A stretch of DNA of 63,993 nt, the filler included, from Trichomonas gallinae (Eukaryota), in assembly GCA_008369845.1 (NCBI GenBank). It is 6 parts of 6 records of this genome, joined end to end, with 100 filler letters (N's around TTAATTAATTAA, not from the genome) between each part and the next. Parts side by side here need not be neighbours in the genome. Positions count along the whole stretch, not along the records: positions 34,222 to 51,248 come from MRSU01000278.1; positions 51,349 to 60,378 come from MRSU01000282.1; 4 more parts are not named here. One strand, written 5' to 3'. Of the stretch, positions 41,541-51,555 are shown one piece after another. Every line of letters begins with the position of its first letter. The first letter of the stretch is position 1. Both the position numbers and the translations under genes were made by a program. The notes below the pieces were generated by a model. The model searched no databases and was not told the DNA's origin. It saw only the letters and a list, made by a program, of their open reading frames with translations.

Positions 41541-42251
41541 ATGAGTTTCTCATTCCTCAACAAGATTAAGTCATTCCCTGAGTACCACGACATGGTTGAT
41601 CAGAGCGACCGTGTCCGTGGACAGGAAGTCTCCATGATTGACGGTTACACAAAGGGATATGGCGAAGTTTATGAGACATATTACAAGAAGCAGCCAGAGG
41701 ACTTACGTGAATCATACGAACAAATCGGCAAGACACAGAGAGATTTAATCGCAGCTCTTCAGGAGGACTTCGGTAAAAAGACAGAAGTCCAAAATTCATT
41801 CGTCAATCTCAAGGCTAAGCAGGAGGCCCTCCTCGCAGAATACAACAAGATGTCAGCCCGCGAAGAAGAAGCCCGCAAGGCCCGCGATGCTGCTACAAAG
41901 GAAGAAGCTAGACTTGCCGCTGCCAACGCTAAAGGCAACCAGCTCGAAATTGCTAAGGTCGAGGCTTCCCAACAGGCTGCTAAGCAGAAGGCTGAAACAT
42001 TAACAGAACTCGCCACAAAAGCTCATGCTGATTATGATGTTTCTGCTAAGAAGCATGCCGTCGAATTTGTCGAGGAATTTGTTGCCCAGATGAAGAAGGT
42101 CATCGAATCCGAAAAGAAGGTTGCTAGCCTTTATACCAACGATGGTGAAACAATTTTCACTGCTGGACAGAAGTTCTCTACAATCAACGATCCATCTATT
42201 CCAAAGCTCGAAGAGAGACTTAAGCAGTGGGAAGAATATTCTATTGATTAA
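41541..42251 (+). CDS. All-helical BAR/Vps5-C-like coiled-coil protein (236 aa), probably highly expressed
   Basis: Three long amphipathic helices; strong C-ending codon bias similar to PPDK. Confidence 0.7.
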   Translation: MSFSFLNKIKSFPEYHDMVDQSDRVRGQEVSMIDGYTKGYGEVYETYYKKQPEDLRESYEQIGKTQRDLIAALQEDFGKKTEVQNSFVNLKAKQEALLAEYNKMSAREEEARKARDAATKEEARLAAANAKGNQLEIAKVEASQQAAKQKAETLTELATKAHADYDVSAKKHAVEFVEEFVAQMKKVIESEKKVASLYTNDGETIFTAGQKFSTINDPSIPKLEERLKQWEEYSID

Positions 42252-42681
42252 ATTTAATCAATATCGTTTTCTCAAAATATCATCAAATTATTAAAAGTGA
42301 TTACTATTAACTCTCTTTTATTCCACATAAATAGCGTTCAAATTAAACAATAACTACATATTTCTCAGATATATTATGCTATAAATCTTAGATTTTTAGT
42401 TCAGCCTCGTGTATTTTGTTATCGAGATCTAATATTTGCTTGTTAATTCGACTTAAATGATCATGGTATAGTTCAAGCATATTAGATCCTGATTAGCGAC
42501 TCTCGATTTGAATTTTATTTTCCATTTCCTTTTTCTGGTATTTTGAGGTTTCTCTTTGCGTCTTTAATTTCCTTAATTCATTGTCACCACTAGAAGCTTT
42601 AGAGAGCACATGAAAACAAGAAATATAAAAAGCATCAAAAGATTTTACATTTTTTGTCAAGGAATTCAAAATTCAATAATA

Positions 42682-42780
42682 TTTTTTTGACATTTACAAA
42701 TTTTCGCGACGTTTACAATTTTTTTTGACATGGACAAATTTTATTGACGTTTACAATTTTTTTTGACATTGACAAATTTA
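42682..42780. repeat. Five ~19-20-bp tandem units (T-tract-GAC(A/G)TT(T/G)ACAA-like) upstream of the CHD gene
   Basis: TGACATTTACAAA, CGACGTTTACAAT, TGACATGGACAAA, TGACGTTTACAAT, TGACATTGACAAA. Confidence 0.75.
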
Positions 42781-42825
42781 CAAGACAAAATTTTTGTTAA
42801 GTGACAGATTTTTTCTCTGAGGAAA

Positions 42826-45800
42826 ATGAACTTTTCTGATTCCTCATCATTTTCGTTTTTCACTCCTTCAGATCCTAATCCCAATCTTGGAGATCCATCA
42901 TCAAATTCGCAGTTTTCTGTGCAAAATCGCGTCGAATCGATATTAACTCATAAAGTTGAGCCCGACGGATCAAAAAAATACCTTGTAAAGATAATCGGTC
43001 AAAGCTATCGAAATTTGGAGTGGGTTCAGCCATTCGAAATACTTAAAACTCTAGCAGGACAGCACATGCTGAAAGGATATAACAAACTTTATGCTGATAA
43101 ACCTCCTGGACCTCCGTTTTTCGATAGTGACTACACAATACCAGAAAGAATCATCGCTGAACGACAAGGAAAATATTTAATCAAATGGAAATCACTTGAA
43201 TATGATTATATTACATGGGAGAAAATAGAAGATATCACAGATGAAGATATAATAAGTGAGTTCAAAAGTCGAACTAAATACCCTACAGAAGCAGAGTTGC
43301 ATCCCATTGTCGATTATACTTTTCATAAAATTGATTCGCTGCCTCCATCGAAAAGTGGATTTACAGCACGTGATTACCAGCTCGATGGCCTTAATTTCCT
43401 CATGAATTGCTGGTGTAATCACAGAAATGCAATTTTAGCAGATGAGATGGGTCTCGGCAAAACGATCCAAGTTTCGATTTTTCTCAACGAGCTCAACAAG
43501 GAGAAACACATTCGAGGTCCATTTTTAATTATTGTTCCATTATCAACTATAGGCCAATGGGATAAAGAGCTTGAAGAATGGACAGACTTACATTTTCAAC
43601 TATTTTATCTTTCTAAAGCCAGGCGTGAAACTCTTAAGCAATACGAGTTTTATTTTCCGGATACAAATATTCCAATCTTTCAAGTAATGGTTACAACATA
43701 CGATTATATTAACAGAGAGAACGAATTATTTACGTCAGTTAACTGGGAAGTTATTGTTTGCGATGAAGCTCATAAATTGAAAAATCAATCTTCAAAAATT
43801 ATGCAGAACATGAAAAACTTACAAAGTAAATTCAAACTATTACTTACAGGAACTCCAATTCAGAACTCAACTCCTGAATTGTGGAGTTTATTAAATTTCA
43901 TCGATCCTGAAAAATTCGAAAGTCTTGAAGAATTCCAGGAAAAATTCGGAACTGTTAACGAAGCAAATCAAATCTCTCAGTTAAACGAAATATTACGTCC
44001 AATTATGTTAAGAAGAGTGAAATCTGAAGTAGAGAAGAGTTTAACACCAATTGAAGAGATAATTATCGAATGCAAGATGACAGATGTGCAAAAATATTAT
44101 TATAAAAGCCTTTACACGAAAAACATGAATTTCTTAATGCGTGGATCAGATAAGAAGTCAACACCAAGTTTCCTCATGAACATATCAATGGAACTTCGCA
44201 AAGTTTGCAATCATCCTTATTTAATCGAAGGCGCAGAACAAAATATTATCACTGATCTTAATAAAACGGGAGATCAAAAAGCAATCAATGAGAGCTTGAT
44301 CAGATGCTGCGGTAAGATGATATTGTTAGACAAATTACTTGACAGATTACTTCCTGAAGGCCACAAAATTCTAATTTTCTCGCAACTTGCAATTATGCTA
44401 AATATTATTCAAGATTATATGAACCTCAAAGGCATAAGGTTCGTTAGAATTGATGGCAACGTCAGAGGTGATGAGCGTCAAGAGTGCATCGAAAAGTTTA
44501 CTGCAGAAGGCAGCAACATTCCTGTTTTCTTGTTGACAACAAAAGCAGGCGGACAAGGAATCAATCTAACAGCCGCTGATACAGTTATCATCTATGATTC
44601 GGATTGGAATCCGCAAAATGATATTCAAGCCACAGCCAGATGCCATAGAATCGGACAAACAAAATGTGTTAAAGTTTATCGATTTTTGACATCGAATTCA
44701 TACGAAAGGTCAATGTTTGACCGAGCATCCAAGAAATTAGGCCTTGATCACGCTGTTTTAGAGAGCAGCCGCACAGAAAAGAACGAGAATCTCGAAAAAT
44801 TGCTGAGATTAGGTGCCTATTATGCATTTTATTCGAATGACTCAGATGACGCGAAATTTGCAAGTGAAGACATTGATGATATTATTGCACACTCCCAGAG
44901 GATCCGCCACGAATCAGTTTTTGGCGGCGAAGGCTCAACATTTAGCAATGCTCAATTCGAAGTCAATGAATCTGAACTAGAGGCACCAAGTTTCTGGAAG
45001 AAACTATTAGTTGATATCGGCGACGAAGACAGTATCAAAGATGTAGAAACAAGCAGCGCAGATTCATGGACGAAAAAGAAATTTAAACGATTATTAAACG
45101 CTTTCCTTGATTTCGGCTTCGGCAGGTTCAAGAGGATAATAGAAGCGATAGGCGAGCAAATCAGTCAATTAGAAGTCAAAGCAGTCTGCAGAGTTATATT
45201 AAAATGGCTTCTTGAAGTCGCTGATGATCCAACAGATATTGTCCACAAATTATACGAAAAGCCGCAAGACGCTGACTACGAAGACAAGTTCAACAGGAAG
45301 TACAGGCAAGAGTTCAGTCCTTTAGTTACCAAACTAGCATCACAGAAAATGGAGAGGATCGAAATTTTGCACTGTTTAAACTGCGCGACGAGAACATGCC
45401 AGAACGCGCCAGAAGGACTCGTTTTGCCAACAGCGCCAGCGGATTTGCCATCAGAGAGCTGGACATCAGATGACGACAGACAGTTGTTGTATGGTATGTG
45501 GCAGCAGGGAATTTCTTCATATTCGAGACAAGACGTGAACCAGAAAACTTTATATAAGAGATTCACGGTTTTGATAAAAGGCTGGAAATCGATGTTCTTG
45601 CACATCCAAATGGCTTCGAAAGACCAGCTTGCTTTCACACACAACACTTTAATGGACGCGTCTAATTACTGGAGGATAGAAGAGCACCAGGCAGTTATTA
45701 ACACATTGATGGACTTTGGATTCACCAACATCAAAGAGTTTATTAATAGATCGAAATTGCAATCAAAAGTCCAAGAATGTGTGAACCAATATGTGAAAGT

Positions 45801-46605
45801 CGTCATAGATGCAGCAAGAGATGACCAATGTGACCAGTCAATCTTAAAAGCTCCTCTTACAAGATGGGAAGCACAGTTAATCACTGAAAGAAGAGCTTTA
45901 TTCATGAAACTAAGAAAAGCAGTTGCTGACATAACAGAGCCATCGAATGATGACGAGAGATTATTAGTAAATATCGCTAAGAATGGATTAGCTGCAACAG
46001 GAGAAAAAGGTCCGAATGTTATTAAAAGATTAAACGAATATCTCAAAAATGCTCCAGCAATTTCTGTGTCAAATAATGAAGACATTAAACTGCCTAAAGC
46101 TCTGTCAAAATCTATGAATTTGATATCGTTGGGCAAAGTAGTCTGGGATAGACCCGGCTTTCACAACGAGAGATACTTGTATCCTGATGGATTCATGACA
46201 GAGAGGAAATATATTTCAGTGATAAATCCATCAGACAGGGTCTGGTACGTCAGCGAAATCATTGACGATGGAAAAGAGAATCCGTTGTTCAGAGTTTCAA
46301 TGCGTGACACTCCGCAGTTTAAATGGGAGGGAAGATCAGCATCGAAAGTCTGGAGTGAAGTCTTGAAAGCTGTAAATGATAAAAGGAGAGAAATCGGTGA
46401 CTTGTCGAAGTCGTCGAATTCCATTTCTGGTCCAGATCACTATGGACTGTCTAATCCAGTCATTCTTAAGCTTTTCTCTAAGATGGAGAATATCGAGAAA
46501 CTGAAGAACTTCGTGCCGTCGAAGGGAGAAATCAGGGAAGACACTGATGATTTAGTCATCGACTTCCCGAGACTTTTCGCAAAAGTTAGAGAACTCAGAT
46601 ATTAG
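42826..46605 (+). CDS. CHD-type SNF2 chromatin remodeller: double chromodomain, helicase, C-terminal FYRN/FYRC
   Basis: KYLVK/YLIKWKSLEY chromodomains; ILADEMGLGKT, DEAH, LTGTPIQN, DSDWNPQND, ARCHRIGQ; SLGKVVWDRPGFH..RYLYPDGF (FYRN); SGPDHYGLSNP (FYRC). Confidence 0.93.
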   Translation: MNFSDSSSFSFFTPSDPNPNLGDPSSNSQFSVQNRVESILTHKVEPDGSKKYLVKIIGQSYRNLEWVQPFEILKTLAGQHMLKGYNKLYADKPPGPPFFDSDYTIPERIIAERQGKYLIKWKSLEYDYITWEKIEDITDEDIISEFKSRTKYPTEAELHPIVDYTFHKIDSLPPSKSGFTARDYQLDGLNFLMNCWCNHRNAILADEMGLGKTIQVSIFLNELNKEKHIRGPFLIIVPLSTIGQWDKELEEWTDLHFQLFYLSKARRETLKQYEFYFPDTNIPIFQVMVTTYDYINRENELFTSVNWEVIVCDEAHKLKNQSSKIMQNMKNLQSKFKLLLTGTPIQNSTPELWSLLNFIDPEKFESLEEFQEKFGTVNEANQISQLNEILRPIMLRRVKSEVEKSLTPIEEIIIECKMTDVQKYYYKSLYTKNMNFLMRGSDKKSTPSFLMNISMELRKVCNHPYLIEGAEQNIITDLNKTGDQKAINESLIRCCGKMILLDKLLDRLLPEGHKILIFSQLAIMLNIIQDYMNLKGIRFVRIDGNVRGDERQECIEKFTAEGSNIPVFLLTTKAGGQGINLTAADTVIIYDSDWNPQNDIQATARCHRIGQTKCVKVYRFLTSNSYERSMFDRASKKLGLDHAVLESSRTEKNENLEKLLRLGAYYAFYSNDSDDAKFASEDIDDIIAHSQRIRHESVFGGEGSTFSNAQFEVNESELEAPSFWKKLLVDIGDEDSIKDVETSSADSWTKKKFKRLLNAFLDFGFGRFKRIIEAIGEQISQLEVKAVCRVILKWLLEVADDPTDIVHKLYEKPQDADYEDKFNRKYRQEFSPLVTKLASQKMERIEILHCLNCATRTCQNAPEGLVLPTAPADLPSESWTSDDDRQLLYGMWQQGISSYSRQDVNQKTLYKRFTVLIKGWKSMFLHIQMASKDQLAFTHNTLMDASNYWRIEEHQAVINTLMDFGFTNIKEFINRSKLQSKVQECVNQYVKVVIDAARDDQCDQSILKAPLTRWEAQLITERRALFMKLRKAVADITEPSNDDERLLVNIAKNGLAATGEKGPNVIKRLNEYLKNAPAISVSNNEDIKLPKALSKSMNLISLGKVVWDRPGFHNERYLYPDGFMTERKYISVINPSDRVWYVSEIIDDGKENPLFRVSMRDTPQFKWEGRSASKVWSEVLKAVNDKRREIGDLSKSSNSISGPDHYGLSNPVILKLFSKMENIEKLKNFVPSKGEIREDTDDLVIDFPRLFAKVRELRY

Positions 46606-47053
46606 AAATAATACTAAAAATATTGTTTGTAGTTTTTATTTTCATATATCAACATAATTTTTACGTTCATTTTTCCTTCTTTATTGGTAGTTAATCCATG
46701 ATTTTAAAATTTCTCAATGAGACAATGCATTGTTTGCATATAAATATAAAATTATATCCGTGGTAATGCTATTTATCAAGAATATATTGAAAAATTTTGA
46801 AGAAAATTGAAGGAGATTTTATTTTGTATAGATAAGTGTCCACTATCTAAGAATTATATATAACTCATGACATAAATGTGACTGATGAATTGTTTATAAT
46901 AATGATAAACAAAGATGACGATATACTACTATTATTAAAGTGACTATATGCTAGTATATTTGTATTAAACTTGGTAAAATCAGATAACTCAAAAATTCTT
47001 ATGCTTTGATATGATAGACGTTTTATTAGTAATAACATTTATATTTTGGTGAA

Positions 47054-48184
47054 TTAGTTGTTTGATTGGCAAACGACACTAATGAATGGTTCATGTGACT
47101 TGTTTTCTATGGTAACTTGTCCCTTTGGAATAGCAACAACGTTTCCTACTTTGGATAAGATTCCATTAATGGAAGCTATGCCATTCTGAACAATAGCGCA
47201 AGTAGAAGACTTGAATTCAAGTGTTGCTGTTTCATTTGCTGGTACGTTGATGTACTTAATGCAGAAAACTGGATGTGGTGGAATATAAGATTTGACGTAC
47301 TTCTCTTCTTTCGGCTCAACAACGAAAGGAACCTGCGGAACGAAGTTAACAGTCTTAGAAATGGACTTGATGTCGATGAATTTAGGTGTCATTCCAGCTC
47401 TGACGACATTATCTGAGAGATGCATTGCTTCGTACAAATCTCCCTCGAGATAAGCGTGGAGAATGCCTGCAGGAATGTATAACGCACTGCCTGGGTTGCA
47501 CTCGACAACGTTTAAGATCAATGGGAAGAAAATTCCGACATCTCCTGGGAAATATCTGTTAATTGCAGTGATTGCGCTTAAAATACTTGATTCAAAGTGG
47601 TACTCACCTTTCAATATTTTTGTAACCAACTCTTCAGCAACTCTCTTGATGAAATCACGTGGTTTTGAGAGTAAAGATTGAATTAATAATTCTAAATTCT
47701 TAGAATCTGGCTGTTCAACGAATTTGTTGGCAAAATCTTCGCTAATGGCCTTTGCTAATTCGGCAATCTGCAAGATGAACTGTCTAATTTGCTCGAATGG
47801 CCTGAATCCGTACAAAAGCGACAATTTTGTAATAGCAACAGCCATTTCTGGTTTATCGTTTTCATCTGGGTAGTTAACAGGATCCAATTTGTGAAGTTCA
47901 ACTGCCTGCTCTTTAGATGGATGAACTTGAATTGATAATGGTTTGTTAACAGAAAGAACTTTGAATAAATAGTTTATCTGTCCGAATCTCTGGTCGTCTT
48001 TAAGACGTTTTCCGTTATCCAACAATGATGGAGCCTTATCGTGGTCGCCAATCCACAACTCAGCGAATGGCTTGGAGGCATCTAGATCTGTTTTGCCGCT
48101 GTTTTCAAGAAGCTGGTAAACAAATGACGATGGACCAATCTTACCCCAGTCATAGTTCATTGCCTGGCATTGGAGAATGCTCAT
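47054..48184 (-). CDS. MPI: Mannose-6-phosphate isomerase, type I
   Basis: YDWGK, AELWIG, LFKVLSV.KPLSIQVHP, KPEMA, HAYLEG, SDNVVRAG.TPK; Inr TCATT at 48192-48196 on the minus strand. Confidence 0.95.
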   Translation of the reverse strand: MSILQCQAMNYDWGKIGPSSFVYQLLENSGKTDLDASKPFAELWIGDHDKAPSLLDNGKRLKDDQRFGQINYLFKVLSVNKPLSIQVHPSKEQAVELHKLDPVNYPDENDKPEMAVAITKLSLLYGFRPFEQIRQFILQIAELAKAISEDFANKFVEQPDSKNLELLIQSLLSKPRDFIKRVAEELVTKILKGEYHFESSILSAITAINRYFPGDVGIFFPLILNVVECNPGSALYIPAGILHAYLEGDLYEAMHLSDNVVRAGMTPKFIDIKSISKTVNFVPQVPFVVEPKEEKYVKSYIPPHPVFCIKYINVPANETATLEFKSSTCAIVQNGIASINGILSKVGNVVAIPKGQVTIENKSHEPFISVVCQSNN

Positions 48185-50366
48185 TTTCGAAAATGAAAAA
48201 TTTGTTTTTTCTCAAAAAATTGAAAGATAAACTACGGGTGTCCTATAATTTAAACTGTTACATGATGCAGAATATAATGATAATGTTTTTGGCCACTTTT
48301 GTTAATTAAGAGCTACTTGGTCAGCGATTCCACTTTTTGATAGCTTGCCACTTTACATTTTTTTTTCATTTTTTTTTACCATTTGCCAAAGTATTGGTCG
48401 CTCATATCAGCTTCATCAGCTCCTATAAGGGTTTTACCCGGGGATTGTAAACATCTCAAATTCACTCCTTAAACTGATTTTCAAAAGTTGGGTCTGAAAC
48501 GAAAGGTCACACAAATGTATCAAAAAATGGGCTAACAGTTAACACTTATCGATTATTGGTCCGAATGAAATCCATTCATTAAACTTAGTATTCATGCAAC
48601 GATTAAAATTTACCAATCCGAGCCGTAAAAGCTTGATTGCACTCATAAGTTGATAGCATTGAGATTGTAATTGAAATCAACTTAGTAGAAGATACAAATT
48701 GTCTTCAAATTTTTCTAAAATCTATGAAGGCAAATCAATTTGATAATTTCGATGAATGATTATCAAGATAAACTTTTGTCTACTAGAAAGAAGTACCTAT
48801 AGCTCAGCTTCCAATCAATTCACAAACTTGGAAAGATCACAACCATATCTTGCCTTAGCTCACAATTTATTTAAAAAACACAGCCGTTATGTTTATTTTT
48901 GTTGTTGTATATACTGTTCAAAGTGTGTGTTTATTATTATTCGGATATTCTGGAATAATATTTTATTTTTCTGCATGAATATCAAAGATTTTTTTGAAAT
49001 ACGTATCAGCAATAAATCTGATTTAATGATTCCATTTTAATAGTCTTGCTTACTGGTATCATGTTTTTTGGAAATCTAACATGATGTATCATATTTTGAT
49101 TGTCAGTATAATATAAATACAATAGTGGGTTTTAAATAATAGGTTAAAACTGTGCAAATTTAAGTTTTTGTTGATCATGAAATTTTATACATTGATTTCA
49201 CCGATCGAGTATATGAAGATAATCTTTTCTGTGCATACAATATGTTCAAACATTTGAATGTTTAACTTGTGGTTAGAATTGACTGTATTGAATAGGAAAA
49301 AGTTTATTTGTATTGATTAAAGCTTGTTGATGTCTGTAAACAGCTCCACTCTTCTAAATTTTACCGAATTTTACATTCTTATTTCTTATTATATACATTT
49401 TATCTGAAATCATAATTGATTTATTGAGAACTGATCATTTGCGATCTTGGAGCTGCATATGAGTGCATAATATTACGAATTAACTTATGCGGATTAAATA
49501 ATAACAAACATTTTTGATTAACCCAAAATTGAGTTTTGAACTCATAGAGATTAACGGTGCAAATAGTTTTTCCTTCTTGTATGGATGAAATATATCATAT
49601 CTATTATAAGCAAATCATTTGTTTTGCATATATATATGTCCGTCAATATATTTACTTAAGATATATGATCAAAAGGAAATCAGAATTATAATATTAAACA
49701 GCATTCAATCCATTTCTACTGATCCAATTAATCAATTTATGATCGAAAGTGATTATAAAAGATGCGAAAAATGCATTTTTATGAATATAAATGCTTCTTA
49801 ATGCTATGATGATAATATGTAAGTAAATTACAATATACTGTTAAAGCAGCAAGACTTAAACTGACTATGTCAATAATAAGCAATATTTCTTCGTACGCCC
49901 ATACTGAAAAATACATAACCTCATTTGAGGAAATGCTTCACATAACACATTACAGCATATATATAGCTTCTCCTGTTGATATGTCTGAAGACAATTCAGA
50001 TTTTTGAGACAGTTGACCAACGAAATCGCGTCTAAATATTACATTAATATAAGCAAATAGTTTTATACAGTTTTTTTAAAAAATTAACAATTCAAACACG
50101 ACCAAGTCCACCTGACCATTTATAAGATTTTGCCATGTAAAACTAAAGTTTGTGAAGATAGAACAATTATTTTGCCATGTAAACCTCGGCTCTGCCAAAT
50201 AAAAATCATCTATTTCATAAAAATTAATAACATGGTAAATAGTTGGCCATACCTTGTAATTAACTTTAAAACATAAAAAAGAACATTAAAATAGCAATGA
50301 TCCTCCAATGTGAAGACGATGGTTTTTTTGTTTGTTCTCTCAAATTGAGAAGGATAAATGGTTAAT

Positions 50367-50371
50367 TCACT
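50367..50371 (+). promoter_or_regulatory. Inr element TCACT of PPDK
   Basis: TCACT 8 nt before the ATG at 50380. Confidence 0.65.
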
Positions 50372-50379
50372 TTTAATAA

Positions 50380-51248
50380 ATGGCAAAACGCTATATCTAC
50401 TTCTTTGAAGAAGTTGGCGAGGTTGAGAAGCTCGTTAACGGAGAGAAGGACAAGGTTCTCAGCCTTCTCGGTGGCAAGGGTGGAAACCTTGCATGGATTG
50501 CCAAGCTCGGCGTTCCAGTTCCAAAGGGCTTCACAATCACAACAGAGGCCTGCAATGACTTCTACAAGCAGGATCCACCAGCTTATCCACCAGGTCTCTG
50601 GGACGAGCAGCTCAAGGCTATCGCACGCCTTGAAGAGATGACCGGCAAGAAGTTCGGCTCCGCTGAGAAGCCACTCCTTGTTTCTTGCCGCTCCGGCGCT
50701 AAGATCTCCATGCCAGGTATGATGGACACAGTTCTTAACATTGGTCTCAATGATGTCACAGTCCAGGCCATGATCAAGCTCACAAACAACCCACGCTTCG
50801 TCTATGACTCATATCGCCGCCTTCTCCAGGGCTTCGGCGCTATCGTTCTCGGCATCGAAGACGAGAAGTTCGAACACGCCCTCAAGAAGATGCAGCAGTC
50901 CAAGGGCTACAAGGGTGATAACGACTGCAAGGCTGAGGATTGGGATGAACTCGCTAAGGAGTACAAGAAGATCATCCTTGAGGAAACAGGCAGTGAATTC
51001 CCACAGGACCCAATCGAGCAGGTCAAGATGGCTACACTCGCTGTCTTCTCATCATGGAACTGCGAGCGTGCCATTGACTACCGCAACAACTTCAGAATCC
51101 CACACAACCTCGGCACAGCTGTCAACATCATGTCCATGGTCTTCGGTAACATGGGTGAAACATCTGCCACAGGTGTCGCTTTCACACGTAACCCATCCAC
51201 AGGCGAAAAGAAGCTTTGGGGTGAGTACCTCATCAACGCCCAGGGTGA
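50380..51248 (+). CDS. PPDK: Pyruvate phosphate dikinase, 5' part (cut by gap)
   Basis: LLGGKG.NL, PVP.GFTITTEAC, PLLVS.RSGA..SMPGMMDTVLNIGLN, MVFGNMG..SATGVAFTRNPSTGE, NAQG. Confidence 0.97.
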
Positions 51249-51348
51249 NNNNNNNNNNNNNNNNNNNNNNNNNNNNNNNNNNNNNNNNNNNNTTAATTAA
51301 TTAANNNNNNNNNNNNNNNNNNNNNNNNNNNNNNNNNNNNNNNNNNNN
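51249..51348. other. Artificial contig spacer
   Basis: N44-TTAATTAATTAA-N44. Confidence 0.97.
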
Positions 51349-51555
51349 ACGTGTCAGGTTCGACGCTACAGTAGAGCCCAAGAACACTCCACCGGGATTT
51401 TTTTGATGGGAATCTAGCATTTTAATGGCCACTATGTGCTCATTCTATATTATTAATTTACAGAATTTTTAGTTGTATTTTTCTGCCGGACAACCTTTAA
51501 AAATATCAAATGCGGGGGAGTTTTTTTTTTTCATTTTTTTTTGCCAGCATTTATT

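Noticed and set aside
42826..46605. CHD helicase fused to FYRN/FYRC as a novelty
   Set aside because: I recall this architecture as already annotated in trichomonad genomes, so it is listed as a feature only.
48181..48196. Perfect 16-bp palindrome TCATTTTCGAAAATGA at the MPI start
   Set aside because: Largely explained by Inr (TCATTTT) being the reverse complement of the usual AAAATGA start context.
48756..49801. Small ORFs 48756-49040 and 49619-49801 in the MPI-PPDK spacer
   Set aside because: Composition matches AT-rich non-coding DNA (F/I/N/K/C-rich), with no codon bias or motifs.
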